Below, piece after piece: positions 10,809 to 24,459 of a stretch of DNA of 64,000 bases. Position 1 is the stretch's first letter. Every line of letters begins with the position of its first letter. The translations under genes and the position numbers were made by a program. The notes under the pieces were generated by a model. It was not told the origin of the DNA. It saw nothing but the letters and a program-made list of their open reading frames with translations, and searched no databases. Source of the stretch: Antechinus flavipes (taxonomy: Eukaryota); contig NC_067402.1 of NCBI RefSeq assembly GCF_016432865.1, forward strand, positions 278,442,001 through 278,506,000, in the 5' to 3' direction.

Positions 10809-12414
10809 TAATTTTGGGGATGTCAAAACTGGCCTTTAAATCTTATTTTAGTTGGCTATTATCTTTTTAATGAGGAAAATAATTTTTAAGATTATATACT
10901 TTAGGTCAGATAACGCCAACTCCTTGATGCCTTGGTGTACCAACAGATTCCTTTTGTCTTATTTCCTGAGGTTAACTTAAATTGCCCAGCATAAAGTCCA
11001 AACTAGTATATCCTTTAATAATTTTGATCACAGCAGAATGGATGTTATCACTGGGTGAGCCCACCATTCAATACTGCAACTGACACGCAGATTTTGATTA
11101 AGGGTCATAGTGGATTCTTTCAGCAGTTAATCAGCCATGAAGTGGTCAGAAAATTAAACTCCTCAGGTTCAGGAAAGATAAGGAGAAATAGATGTCCAAT
11201 AAAAATTTTGATTCTTTCTTATTTGTGCAGGAGGAAAAGAAGAGGTGCTCATGGAAGAAGGTGAATAATGGTCCTCCTCTGCACCAAAAGATTACCAAAA
11301 GGCAAAAAGTACTCCTCTGTATTTATATAGAATTGGGAGGGAGCAGGCCTCCTGCTGACTCCCTATTAGGCAAACTAGTAAAGCTTGGGACTTGAAAAAC
11401 TTGCCAATTTTTTAATACAACTCGAATGGTAAAGCTCAGTTTGGATAATTATGCAAACAAATTTGACCAGATAAATATGGAACCTTTGATTATTACCTGC
11501 TGTGCATGTGAAAAAACTATAGGCCAGAAAAAAAAAAAAAAAACCAGACCAAAACATGGCACTCTTAAGAAACGGCTTTTGTAGGGAGTAATGAGAGAAG
11601 AAGGAAGTAAATCTTTGTTGTGATGATTCAGGGACTGAAGTGGGTTTGAGGTAGTTCACTAGTGCACACAAGGTCTTTTACCTCAGAGAACTTTAGAGGG
11701 GAACACCTCATGACCTATTTTTTAAAAAATTGCTGTGAGACTGCAAAGAAAGGGAGAAAGTTAGAGGCTAAAAACAGCTCTCCTAGCTGTCAGCATTATT
11801 AAGCAGGGACTCACTGATTTTTTTTTTATTAGGTTTTCAATGATAAGTAAGGAGGAAAAAAAATTGTGAGATTCTTTCCACCTTTACAACATTGGCAAGG
11901 TTGGAGATGCAGAGATAAAGACAGACAAGAAAGAGAAGGAAATCTTTTTTCTTGGTTCATAGAAATTTACAGCATTACAAACTAATTAAAAACAAAAAAT
12001 TGGAAGTGAAATGTAGTATCTTCACCATAAACTTCTAAATCATGGTAATTGCTAAAAACACTAGTGAATTTCGGAAGCTTGAAGCTAGGATTAAGATTAT
12101 TTGCAAACAGCACTCTACTCTCTGCCCTTCCAGGAAGGCATAGATGCATTGCTTGGTAAAAGGTGATTAGAGAATATGCAGAACTGAAGTTTGTGTAAAA
12201 TGATTCAACAGAATTCAATTGTTTTAAGTAAATTAGTAGCAAAGTCACCTAAGTTGAAATAAACTATTCAGTAAAATGTTAAACTAGAATATGATTAATA
12301 AATGAGATGGATTTAAGAAAGTAGTAGAGTAAAGAGAAATAAGGACGAATCAGTGAGTAAAATAAAAGGTCAGTTTCGTTGTTTTTTGTGGATTATTTGT
12401 TTTTAAAGAGAGCC

Positions 12415-12910
12415 AATGACATCTCAGGGTAATGTCTTGACTTGCACATGAATTAGAGTTAAGTGAAGCAGAAGGCACAAGGTCATCAGCTTAACACTCT
12501 CTTCCAGTCACTGAAGCCCAGGGGCAAGACAAAAGTCAAAATATCTGAAGATGCCCCAGGATGAAGTGGATAACCTTGGTATCTTTGATTTCTGATCAAG
12601 CTCTAAGCACTCTACTGCATTTCAATCACCTCCATGGCCATTGGAACAAACTGTGTCCTCTATCCATTCCTCCAGGGAAAGTCTTCAAGGTTGGGGTAGA
12701 CTCCCCTTAATTCACACAACAGGTAAGCCTGTTGGTCTCCAACCTGGTTTAGTTTATCTCCCAGAGGAGACAGTTTTACCAGGGTGTGGCCACTGAGTGA
12801 GCTACAGCTCCTTGAATTCACAGGAGAGAGTTGGATGCCAAAAGTCAATGAGCAGTCCTGAAAGGGGTACAGAAAGCTCTTACCCCAGGTATACTTCATA
12901 TATCTCAAAT
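12415..12910 (+). mobile_element. Marsupial interspersed repeat, MdoRep1-like
   Basis: AATGACATC..GATGTCTTGACTTGC..AAGTGAAGCAG..GGCAAGACAAAAGTC pattern resembles the recalled consensus. Confidence 0.55.
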
Positions 12911-13639
12911 TAGATAGGCTTTAATCAAAGTCCACTTTGATTATATAAGGATAAAGGGAAAAATTTAAAAAGAGGGCTTGAGAAGGGTTTGATTCCATTG
13001 AGATAAGAAGGATTTGAGATATTTTTAGAGAAAACACCTATTAGCAATTTCAGACAGACAGTATGCCAATCCTTAGGATTTGGGGCGCTCCAACAGAGGG
13101 GAGATAAGAATGTGAGCCTACCACAGTACAGTCTCTTTCTATTAGCCTTCCTTTAGCTAATGCTTCTGGGATTAAAACTGAAAAGGTGTCTCAAGGAAGA
13201 GTGAGTAATGCATTTTATGACACCTTCTTAAAGTAACTGGGTGAGTTACACTAGAACACAAAGGGACTGATTTGGCTCACTGGATGATTTTAAGGAATCA
13301 AAATGGTCTACCAGGGAGTTGAGAGTGCCATCACAATTTTCTTTTAAATGTGAGCTAAATGAAAACAGTGGGTCCCGAATTTGAGGTGCTGGCAGCTAAT
13401 GACCCTTGGGAAACTGAGCTTTTGAATATTAGCAGTAGTGATTATAAATCCAGATATAATTTGGCTGAAGTTTGTCTGGAAAATAAATAGATATCCAAAA
13501 GAAAAAAGAAAAAAAGAAAATAAATAGATATGTTTTCTTATTAGGATAACTGTGGCAGATCAAAACAATGCAAAATGCATTCGCTATTTGTCACTAAGGC
13601 AACATGCAAGAAAAATGCATGGATCAAAAAAATATGAGA

Positions 13640-13840
13640 TCAAATCTTGGCTCAGAAATGTATTATCTATGTGAACTTAAACAAGTTACTTCATCTCTGC
13701 TCAGTTTCCTAATCTGTAAAGGAGATGATGATAATAATAGCACCCATATTCCAAGGTTGTTGTGAGGATGAAAAAAAATAATAACTGTAAAGTGTTTAGT
13801 ACAGTGCCTGGCACATGGTAAACACTATAAATGTTGGTAA
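13640..13840 (+). mobile_element. MIR
   Basis: CTCAGTTTCCTAATCTGTAAA..ATAATAATAGCACC..GTTGTGAGGAT..GTAAAGTGTTTAGTACAGTGCCTGGCACAT. Confidence 0.85.
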
Positions 13841-16319
13841 ATATAAGTATTCTATATTAGTCTTGAAAGCAATCAGTGTAGAATGTCAGCAGTGATAAAA
13901 TGAATGATTCTCTATGTAAGATAATTTAGAAATACATTTGAATGAATTGATGTCATCCGACTGGTAATCACTTTTTTCATGTTTTAAAATACATGCTATT
14001 TTGTATGTTATTATTGTGCTTCGATGCTTTTTCTTATATTGTGAAATTTGGGGAAACATTGTATCAGAATTGCTGTTAGAAAAGTCACTTCTTTTTTAAT
14101 CTGGATGCTGTTAGATTGTGAATTAAGGTGTTAAAAGAATGTGACCAAAATGTTTGAAAACTATTAATTATCTAATGAGGTATATTTTGTTCTAAAAGGA
14201 ACAAATAATTTGATTATCATTTATGACAATTATGAAATTGTAACTGTTAATAAATACTATGTATTGAAGTTACAATTTTGAGCCAACTTAGCACCAAAAA
14301 TCTGAAATTCAAAGACCTTAATTTTGCCTTTTGAGTTAACAAGCAATACAGATTGGGGGCTTGTGGCACCCAGAATTTTTCTGGGGTCTTGAGACAACTA
14401 TCATGTACTCATTTTATGTGTGGAAACTTTATAAATGAAGAATAAATAAAATGTCCTTATATGTGCTCATAATTATGACATGAGAAAAATAATAATAATG
14501 TTATTAGCGGAATTTTGTTCTTTGAGGTAAATTCTCTTGGGGCTATAATTTAACATGGTTCTAAATTCTAATTTCAGGTATAATTGCCTAAATTGTCATG
14601 AAGCCAATAGTCTGATATCCAAGGGGAATAGCATTTGCTATCCAAAAGAAGTGAAGTCTAAAAGTTTCTTGTTGCAAGTTGTATCTATCCCTGGGGAAAG
14701 TTGAGGGTGAGACCTTGTACTGTAAGCAAAGATAGGCTCCTCTTGATTCAATTTCCCATTGTGCTATTTCCTTTCTAAACATGAAAATTTCCCATCTGGC
14801 TAATTCTGAGGTTGGCTATGATACCCTGTGAATAATGTGGAACTTTGCTGCATAATGAACTGTTAACCATGACTTTTACCCAGTATCAAACAGAGTTAAG
14901 GGAGTTTCCCCCATTATAGTTTATGTCAGATTAGTCTGAGCATTTGAAGGGACAGTCTTCATACTGTCATAACCATGTACCTCCTTTTATTTCATAACAA
15001 ATTTCTATAATCAGGACAGATGAACAGTGGACATATTTATCGTTTTAATATTAAAACTATTAGTTAAAAGACTAAAAGTTTAAAGACCAATACCAAAATA
15101 TATGAGTTACTACAATAGGATTCAAGCATGAAAGATCTTATTATTTTTAATCTGCATTTATGATCAACTCCATATCTTATGCAACTAGATAAATGAGTTC
15201 TTAGACTTGCCATTCCCTTGATAACAGTTATATATTCATGTATAAGACTGATATCCTTAAAGTATCTCATTCCTTCAAGATATGAGGATTATACACACAA
15301 AACACACACATGTATATTGTATGTATATATATAACATATATATGTATTTGTTTATGAGTGTATGTGGCATGTCTGTATATATAGACATGTACAAACTCAA
15401 AAAGGGAGCATGAGACAAAGATGTAAACGTTATGAAATATAATACATAGCAAACTTTGAGAAGGGAACAAGATTAGATTGTTTTCTGAAAGAACTAAGAG
15501 ATATTATATATCTATATACATATACATACACATACAAGGCTTGAAAATGTTTCTAGTGAGACATACAGATCTTGAATATATTTTAATAATAAGTTCTCAA
15601 AATTGGATTAGGTTTTTTTAACATGTAAAATTGCATTTGTAATTGTAAAGAATTGTAAATCACGTCCTTTTTTCCCTTTTTCAAAGTCCCTATCTGGAAT
15701 AAGAAGTTCATTTCTCAAGCCAGATCCTCTTCCTTCAGCTAATAGATGAAACTGTCTATATCAGAGACAGAGAGTGAATAAAGAGAAGAAGAGCAAGAGG
15801 TATATAAAAACAGAAACTCTCTGAAGATTCTGGTGAATTGTAGGTTCCTGATGTATTGTTCTTAGAACTCTGTTGTTATTAGGGTTAGATGCATAAGTTT
15901 TGAGTTAGTTCTTACCACAAGAACTAGTTACTGGAAAAGCAAATTTGAGAGACTACTAAATTGTATTGAGTCTTGTTACCAGAAGGTTTTAGCAGAATTA
16001 CCTCACAATCTCTGCAAGTAACTTAGAACCAAAGAAGCAGATCTAGAAGATTCCTTCAGAGCTACTCTTTGGATAAAGCCTATTCAATGTCCAAGAGATG
16101 TTTTCAGGGAACAGACAACAGAATGAGATATCTGGGACTCAAGATGAAACGTGCTGATTAATTGAAATTGGGAATAGGTTAGCAGGTTACAAGATAATTT
16201 GACATTATTTAATATTGATGATCATTATAATAAAAAGGGTATGCTTTAATGAAAATCTGTTGATGTTGTTCAGTCATTTTTCAGTCATGTCTGACATTTT
16301 GTGACCCATTTGGAGTTTC

Positions 16320-17540
16320 CTTCCTTGGGGACAGCCCACCATAGCATTCTGCCTCATACTGTCTTTCTTCTCATCCCCCTCTTCCATGCTTTGTGATGCT
16401 TTTCTCCTTGTTATAGCTAACTAACTCTTTTTCAAAACTATTTATTTATTTATTTATTTTTAGTGCACATTGCTTTACGAATTATGTTGGGAGAGAAAAA
16501 TCAAAACAGAAAAAAAAGCTATGGAAAGAAAAAAAAAACAGAAAAAAGAAGTGAACATAGACTATACTGATTTACATTCAGTCTCCTTAGTTCTTTTTAT
16601 GTATGAATATGGTATTTTCTGACCAAAGTCTATTGGAATTGCTTTGGATCATTGAACCACTGAGAAGAACCAAGCCTTTTGTAGTTGGTCATGGCACATT
16701 CATATACACAACCTGTCCAGCCATTCTCCAATTAGTGGGCATCTATTCATTTTCCAATTCTTTGCTACCACAAAAAGGGCTGCTATAATCATTTTTGCAC
16801 ATATGGGTCCCTTTCCCTCCTTTATGATCTCTTTAGGAGACAGACCCAGTGATGGCACTACTGGGTCAAAGGGTATATAGTTTGATAGCCCTTTGGCCAT
16901 AGTTCCAAATTGCTCTCCAGAATGATTGGATCAGTTCACAACTCCACCAACAATGTATTAGTGTTCCAGTTTCCCCACAACCCTTTCAACATTTATCATT
17001 ACCTTTCCCTGTCATTTTAGCCAATCTGAGAGGTGTGGGGTAATACCTCAGAGTTGTTTTAATTTGCATTTATCTAATCAATAATGATTGAAAGCATTAT
17101 TTTCCTATAACTATAGATGGTTTTAATTTTGTCATCTGAAAATTATCTGTTCATATCCTTTGATCATTTATCAATGGGAAAAGCTTACCAATTCTTTTAG
17201 GATGCCAAATTCCTCTTTGGATTTAGCCTGCCTGTCAGTGGTGCACTCCCACCTTATGGTGTATTCTCTTTCTCCTAATTAATTGTGAGTTCCACTGGGG
17301 AATTTATCTTCTCCTTTATTGTTGTTAAAATTCCTTTCCTTGCTATATATGCTCTCCGGGATCTATTTCGTATTTGCCACTCTTGGAGTCTCTTCATTTT
17401 GACCATAACCTCTTCTCATAAATAAAGATACCTTTTGGCAAAGAGAAGGCCATTGTGAATTATTTTAAACATATTTTGAACAAGGAATTGCTATCTCAAT
17501 CTCATCATTTAGTGCCAAACTTCATCACTAGCGGTGCCAG
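16320..17540 (+). mobile_element. LTR-like element split by an antisense L1 fragment
   Basis: 16320-16430 and 17190-17540 align collinearly with the uninterrupted copy at ~39460-39900 (CCACCA.AGCATTCTGCCTC; TTTTAGGATG; TCTTCATTTTG..TATAACCTCTTCTC.TAAATAAA; AAGGCCATTGTGA). Confidence 0.7.
16431..17189 (-). mobile_element. L1 3' fragment (end of ORF2 plus 3' UTR)
   Basis: ORF 16700..16900 FDPVVPSLGLSPKEII...WKMNRCPLIGEWL is L1 ORF2 C-terminus. T-rich left end; near-TSD AACTCTTT/AATTCTTT. Confidence 0.9.
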
Positions 17541-17559
17541 AAACTCACTTCACTTTGAT

Positions 17560-18730
17560 TTGAAAGTCCAAGGCCTGGAAGGTCCTGAAGTCTGAAGCAC
17601 ACTCTGAGCCTAGTAGATCCAGGGAAACCAGTAAAGAAATACTACAATAAGTGGAAGACAGGCAGCAATCAATGAGCATTTTTGAAGGGCCTGAATTTGA
17701 TCAGGTATAGGGCTAAGTTTTAGAAACTAAGCCAGCACAAGAGCTCAGCAAATCAACAAAAGACCCAAACAGGGCTTACCCACCCCACCCAGGAGTACAA
17801 GAGTGAAGTTCTGCCCTAGGCAAAATCTCAAACAAAGAAATGGACCTGAAAACATGAGTATCAGAAAAGGGTACCAACTACCATGAAGACATATCATGGA
17901 TCCAGGGATACATAAGGGATGAACCCAGAAAAAGAAAGTAATTCCCTAACAGCCACATGACCAGAACTTCAAGGCAAAAGTTGACTTGGCCACAAGGACT
18001 ATCAAAGTATCTGGAAGAAATTAAGCAATAAAAAATGAAATTATCGGTGAAAGAAGAGGTTTAGATAAAAGGGAATGAATGAATAGCTTAGAATAATAGC
18101 TAGAGAATTTTATCCAAGTAAAAGACTAAAAATTGGAGTATACCAAACATTTCAATGACTACATGAAAAAAATTATTAGAGCAAAATCAAAAAGTAGACA
18201 AAAATATTAGAAAATATATAGTTATTGTAACCTATTTAACATGTAAAGGACTGCTTGCCATCTGGGGGAGGGGGTGGAGGGAGGGAGGGGAAAAATCGGA
18301 ACAGAAGTGAGTACAAGGGATAATGTTGTAAAAAATTATCCTGGCATGGTTCTGTCAATAAAAAGTTATTTAAAAAATTACTTAAAAAGAAAAAGAAAAT
18401 ATATAGTTATTTACTTTCAAAAACAACTGAAGTTGTCAGAAAGTAGATCAAATAGAAAAAAATCTAAGAACATACTCTCTGAAAACCATAACCAAAAAAG
18501 CATGCCATCCAAAATATAATAAACAAAAACTGTCCAATTCTATTAGAAGTAGAAGGCAAAGTAAAAATAGGAATCCACCAATGATTTTTTGAAAGAAACT
18601 CCAAAATGAAAACTCCCAGGAAGATGCCAGCCAAAAACCAATGCTTCCAAATCAAAGAAAAAATATTGTTCACAGCCAGAAAAGAGTTCAAGAACCCAGG
18701 AGTCAGTCAATATCACACAAAATTTGGGAG
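17560..18730 (+). mobile_element. Degraded L1 5' UTR/ORF1 region
   Basis: KTPRKMPAKNQCFQIKEKILFTARKEFK resembles L1 ORF1p. Confidence 0.7.
18227..18393 (+). mobile_element. Young 5'-truncated L1 3' end with 18-bp TSD
   Basis: Perfect TSD AGAAAATATATAGTTATT at 18209-18226 and 18394-18411; AATAAA followed by an A-rich tail. Confidence 0.92.
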
Positions 18731-19445
18731 GGAGAGAAAGAGAGAGAGGAAGGAAGGGAGGAAGGAAGGAAAGAAGGAAGAAAGGAAATTTAGGAACATG
18801 GTATTCCAAAATATAAATTTATCTTATATACAAAAATATATTACAAGTAAAACTGAATATAGTTCAACTGGCTCCTTCTCATATTCCTCTTGTCTTTAAG
18901 GGACCTTCATTAAACTCTACCATCCATTCAAGCTATCCTCCTATTTCCTTTTTTCTACTCCTTGTCAGCTAAACTGCCTGAAAAAGCTGTGTGCTTTCAC
19001 TGATCTCAGCAAACCCTCAGCCTTTTTGCAGATCAGCTTCTGATTGCTCTCTCCAGAATGGCCAATGATCTCTTAAATGCTAAATCTGAATGCCCATCCA
19101 CTGCTTCTGACATTAACCATCTTCTCCTTCTTGAGACTCTCACCTCACTGAATTCTCCTGGAATTACACTTTCTGATTTTTCTCCTTTCTGTCTGGTCAC
19201 CCTTTCAGTTCCTGCCTCCTCAGGTATAACAAACCCCCACCTCTGGATGTTCTTCCAAATCCAGCCCTAGGCCTTCTTTTCTGACTAAGGAGACTGGAAA
19301 GATAGGTTGGAGCTAAGTTTGTAGGATTTTAAAAGTCAAATAGAAGACTTCATTTTTTTTATTCTAACGGTAATAGGAAACCACTAGTTTTGATTGAGCA
19401 GAGGCATGACATAGTCAGATCAGTATTTAAGAAAATTAAATGTTG

Positions 19446-19607
19446 ATATTTAACATGTATAGGACTGCTTGCCATCTGGAGGAGGGGGTGGAGGGAGGGA
19501 GGGGAAAAGTGGGAACAGAAGTGAGTGCAAGGGATAATACTGTAAAAAAATTACCCAGGCATGGGCTCTGTCAATAAAAAGTTATAATTATGAAAAAAAA
19601 AGAAAGA
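19446..19607 (+). mobile_element. Young 5'-truncated L1 3' end with 17-bp TSD
   Basis: Perfect TSD AAGAAAATTAAATGTTG at 19429-19445 and 19608-19624; same subfamily as 18227-18393. Confidence 0.92.
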
Positions 19608-20091
19608 AAGAAAATTAAATGTTGGTTGGAGGAACAGGAAATTTGGAGATCAATTAAGAGGTTATTGAAAAAGATGAGAGATGATGAGCTCTCAAACTAA
19701 AGTGGGAGCTATGTGAGTGGAGGAAGAGGGCTGAATGCAAAAGATGTTATAAAGGTAGGAATGGCAAGATTTGGCCAGTGATGAGATGTGTGTAATGAAG
19801 GAGACTGAGGAGTCCAGAATAATAACAAGATTAAGCACCTGGCAGGATGGTAGTGCCTTGGAAAGAAGGGAGAATTTTGGGGGAAAGATAACGAGTTTAA
19901 TTGTTTACATGTTGAGTTTGAAATGTCTCTTGGATATTCTGTTTGAAAATTTAAATTTGTTTATACACACACACACATGTCTATAAATCAAGGTGTAATA
20001 GATTTATAATTTCATATATGATTTTCTCTAGAAATGTTTATATTTATAGAAGATTTTCAAGTTCAGAAAACAATAAAAATTATTCTATAAC

Positions 20092-20738
20092 TGTTATGGG
20101 CCAGAACTCTGAACTTGAAACAAAGGATTTTTACAAGGTGCTAAGTCAATGGAACTGATAGAGACAATAATTATCTAATTTAGCATGGTTCAGTATGATT
20201 GATTTAATCCTACGAGGAGATGCTATGGGCCAGAACTTGAAACAAGGTACTAAGTGGAATTGAGGAGACAACGGTTAAATCTAGTTTAGCATTGATTTAA
20301 TCCTACAACAAATAATGGTTTCCTAGTGATATAATGATTGGTGTATACTCAGTGTGGAGCATATAAGCGAGAAGCTCTCAGGGCCAGAAAGGACAAGTGC
20401 ACTAAAAGTTCTCAGAGGCTGAGATAGATTCACTCCATCTTCCACCTTTGTAGTGGCTGGAGGCTGAAAACCTTTGGATTCAGAGACATTCAGAGAGATT
20501 CAGAGGGCACAGAAGGAAGCAGGAGCTCAAGCCCCGGGAACCAAGGAGAAAGATAGGACTCAAAGAAAGCTAACCAGGCTCCAGGAAAGGAGACAAGACT
20601 TTGAAAAAGACAATCGAGGATTTGGACTTTAACACATGGCTATACTTGTGGTGATTACTAAACTGAACAGAAGGCTGCTCCCAGAGAACCCCAAGAAAAC
20701 CTCAACAGAGAACATTACATTTTAGAGAAAATATTACA
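20092..20738 (+). mobile_element. ERV LTR (same family as 28450-28883) with duplicated U3 start
   Basis: TG...CA termini (TGTTATGGGCCAGAAC...ATATTACA); near-TSD TATAAC/TAAAAC; second LTR start at 20221. Confidence 0.88.
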
Positions 20739-23700
20739 TAAAACATCAATTTTGAATAAAATGGCCAGAAAAGACTGCTTTCCATATGTATCCTTTCCTG
20801 TTTAGATTACTGAGAATACCCAGGGATGAAAAAGTAGAGAATTTTCCATTTTGTGTTTCCAGCTACTTTGAGTGGCTCCCATTTCTCTTTTTCTCTAGCT
20901 CAGATGCTCTTCAGTCATCAGACAAGTTATGAAAATCTGGATGAAATGAAAAATAGGTCAGGAAGCTTGACTAGTGCTAAAGACTGTGTACTGTCTTGTT
21001 TACACTATACTTCTGTGGTTCTAGAAATCAACAGGGAATCAAAAGCCAGGTGGATATGGCTAAAAAGCCTGCTGTGTACTCAGGAAATCCATGATTTTGT
21101 CACAGTGGGTAGCCATTCCTCTATGCCTGAGGGGTGAATTGCTATAGTTGAAAAAAAAAATCCTCACCTGATGGGTGAATCCTTTGTTAATGAGGCTTCC
21201 AGAATGGAGTCAGGCTAGATCTTAGATAAAAGACATTCTAATCAATCAATTATGGGGCCCACACTCAAGACCTTTGCATCAAGGACCTGCTAAAGTTTAC
21301 ACTCTTCTAGCAAAGCAATGACAAACTCTGGGTCATATCCATTTCACTAAGAAGCATCAGAGCAGGGTTTTAGTGGAGGTTGGATGATATAATAACAAAA
21401 ATACATTTGGGCAAAAAGCTTTCAAACTGTTAAAAAGTGAAGACAAATTCATCCTTAGTCAGCTTTAAGGCATTCACTCAATTTATCCCATTTGGAGTAA
21501 GTCCTCTTTTACTGGAGTAATTCTCTTTTGAATTGGATCAGCGTCTTTAGCCTACCATCTGGTGATCTCAACAGCAGCTGGACAGTGCTCAAGAATGTTG
21601 TTTTCAGAAATATTTGTTCTGAGGTATATTGGGTTTCCTAGCAAAGTTAACAGGTTGCCTAAATGTTTGTGTATTTAATTGTATTTATCAGAGCAAAGTT
21701 CACTTTCAACCCATACAAAATTGAAGCCCTATTCTCCTCAACATCCTGCTCCATTTTTACCTATTTGCTAAAAGTGCAATTCATACTGTTCCCTCCTGCT
21801 AGAAAACTCTCCTCCTGAATTTTAAGTTCATTTTGAATTTTTCCTCCAATGGCCAATTCTTTATACTAATATATTCCATGAGAATTTTACTGGTCCTGTT
21901 TCTGCAGGTAACAATTAAAGCTAAACAGCTTCTGTATTTCTCATTAGTAATAAGAAGCTTAACTCAGACATAGCTACATGACAGTATTTCAGATGAAGGG
22001 AGTAGGAGATCATTGTTATATTTTCCTGTCTTCTAATGAAAAGGCAATTTATATCTTTCCAAGTAAGTACTCTTTGAAATCATATTTTTAACTAGGACAC
22101 ATTGACTCACAATTCACATGACAAAAGGTAAAGAGCCCTAAGATTTCCCCTACAACCACTAAACTCAATAATCAGAAAAATCAGGAAATCTTAAGAGCTG
22201 AAAGGAACCCAAAAGATCATCATTTTTTTCAGTTTCTACTTAAAACATGAGAAGGATTCTTGAATCTTTCTGAATACTAAACATGACCTTGGAAGTGGTC
22301 ATATGCAAATAGCATGCTAGATCTAAGGGGCAGGACTACATGAGGAGCAGAGAGCAGGAATAAGAGTGGAAGGTCTCTCAGGAGTCACTCAGGCCAACCT
22401 TCTCATTTAGAGAAGGGGAAACTAACACCACTGTATATTTTCAATGGCTATATTATTAGGAATTATGATGGGTGGGGGAAATAATTAGCCCATTCATCTA
22501 CTTTTTCAACAGTCACTTATTAAGAATTTAATCTGTACAAGAACTTCTATAATCTATTATGTTCCTTCATTCATTCGCAGCTCCAGAAAGACACAAAATG
22601 TTTCCTAGGAAGCTCTGATGATTCTGTAGGGACAAAAGGAAACACTCAAAAGGAAGGGCAGAGGAGAATACTAAAAAGAATACCTGGAGCTGACAAACAG
22701 GAAAGAGAGGGGGAGAAAGAGAAAAACTATGGAGAGACAGGTAATGACCAATGACAAAAGGGCAGAGAGGAAAAGAGAGAAATGAACAAATGAGAAAATC
22801 AGAAAGTGTTCTGGATACTTAAGGAATTGGGTGCATGTATAAGTGCATGTGTGCATGTGTTTGTGTAAACTAGGAGAGAAGATTCAGGATATATTATAAA
22901 AAGTCATACAATCCAAGAAACAAAAGATATCCTTAGTATCATCTTGGCCAGCCTGAATGTGAAACAGGAACACCCACCTTGCTCAGGAAGGATCACCACC
23001 TGAAGAAGTCTCCATCATTTCTAAGTGCCAGGACCAATTTTGCCCTCGAATGATGAGCAAAGAACCATTTAATTCTACTCCACAAACCCTGTGGAAGTCC
23101 TTACCACATGTGAGGTATTGGGCATTCTTTCTGTAGGTAATTTCTATAAAGAACAGGCCCTCCCAATCACTCAGGATGGCACCTGAAGGGCCTTGGCAAA
23201 TGTACTGCAGCAAGAGAGCAAATATGGAGTTGGAGAAATCGCTGAGTCTGGCTTGTTCCATTTAGATCAGTGTATGAAGGGCACCAATAGATACAAGGTA
23301 AGTACATCTACCTGGGGTAGCCTTACATGATAATTGGAGGAAGTTTAAGAGACCCCAGGGGCACCAGAACCCCTGAAGGTTTCTGATAAAGGAGTAATGG
23401 GCCATTCCTGTGCTATCACAGAGGAGCTATATAGAGGAGAAATTAGTAGCAGGAGGGAGATCAGGAAAGCAGTCCATGTGAGAGATGCTAAGGACCCTGG
23501 AGAAGACAAGGAGACTGATATGAGAAAAGTTGGGGAGATAAAATTGAAAGGAGTTGGCAGTTGATAAAATGAAGGGAGTCAGAGAGAAGAGAGAATAGAA
23601 GAGTCAATTAAATCAATCTCAGGGAATGAGATGGCGACATCTTCAACAAAATAACCCAGTTCAGTGAGGGGGCGGAGGGGACAAGATGGTTGAGATCTGA

Positions 23701-23946
23701 CTGTCGGATCCCTCAGCATTGGTCACTCTAATGTACAGATCTCTATCAGGGGAAGTCAGAGCCTTCTCCGTAACGCACAGAATCATGGGTCATAGCCAGA
23801 GAGGTGGAAAGGGATGCTTCCTGGTGTCTATTCAGCGTGCCTGTTGGGCGGGCATTTCAAATCTAAACACGTTGGATATGAAATGCTGACTGAGCACACA
23901 GGTAATGGTGCTTAAGTATAGTTCAGAAGCAAGATTAGGGCTGGAA

Positions 23947-23993
23947 TGTGTGTGTGTGTGTGTGTGTGTGTGTGTTGTGTGTGTGTGTGTGTG
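23947..23993. repeat. (TG)n microsatellite
   Basis: Read directly. Confidence 0.95.
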
Positions 23994-24459
23994 TATGTAC
24001 TGGGGGAAGGAAGCTCAGCAGGTGAATGGATTACAGCACTGGGCCTGGAGTCAGAAAACCTAGGTTTAAATATATCTTAGACTCTTACTTGACCCTGAGC
24101 AAGTGATTTAACTTGTATGCTTCAATTTCCTCATCAGTAAAATGGAGACAAGAATAGCACCTAGTTTGTTGTAAGGAGCAAATAAGATAATGATTGTAAA
24201 GTGCTCGGGCACAAAGTAAATGCTCTATAAGATTACACACACACACAAACACAAACACGAGAATTATTTACATTGATGTAACAAGTGAATTTGTGGAGAC
24301 AATATAAAAAAATAGAGAAGAAGACACAGGAAAGATGTCAGGGGGACCATTATACTTAGAGAGCTAGAGATGGTAATGAACCCGCAAAAGAGAATAAGAA
24401 GGAACTAATTATATTACAATATGGTTACCAAAATCTTTAAAATTTAGTTTCCAGGAAAG

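Noticed and set aside
14900-14910. NF-kB-like site GGGAGTTTCCC
   Set aside because: About one match is expected by chance in a window this size; no supporting context.
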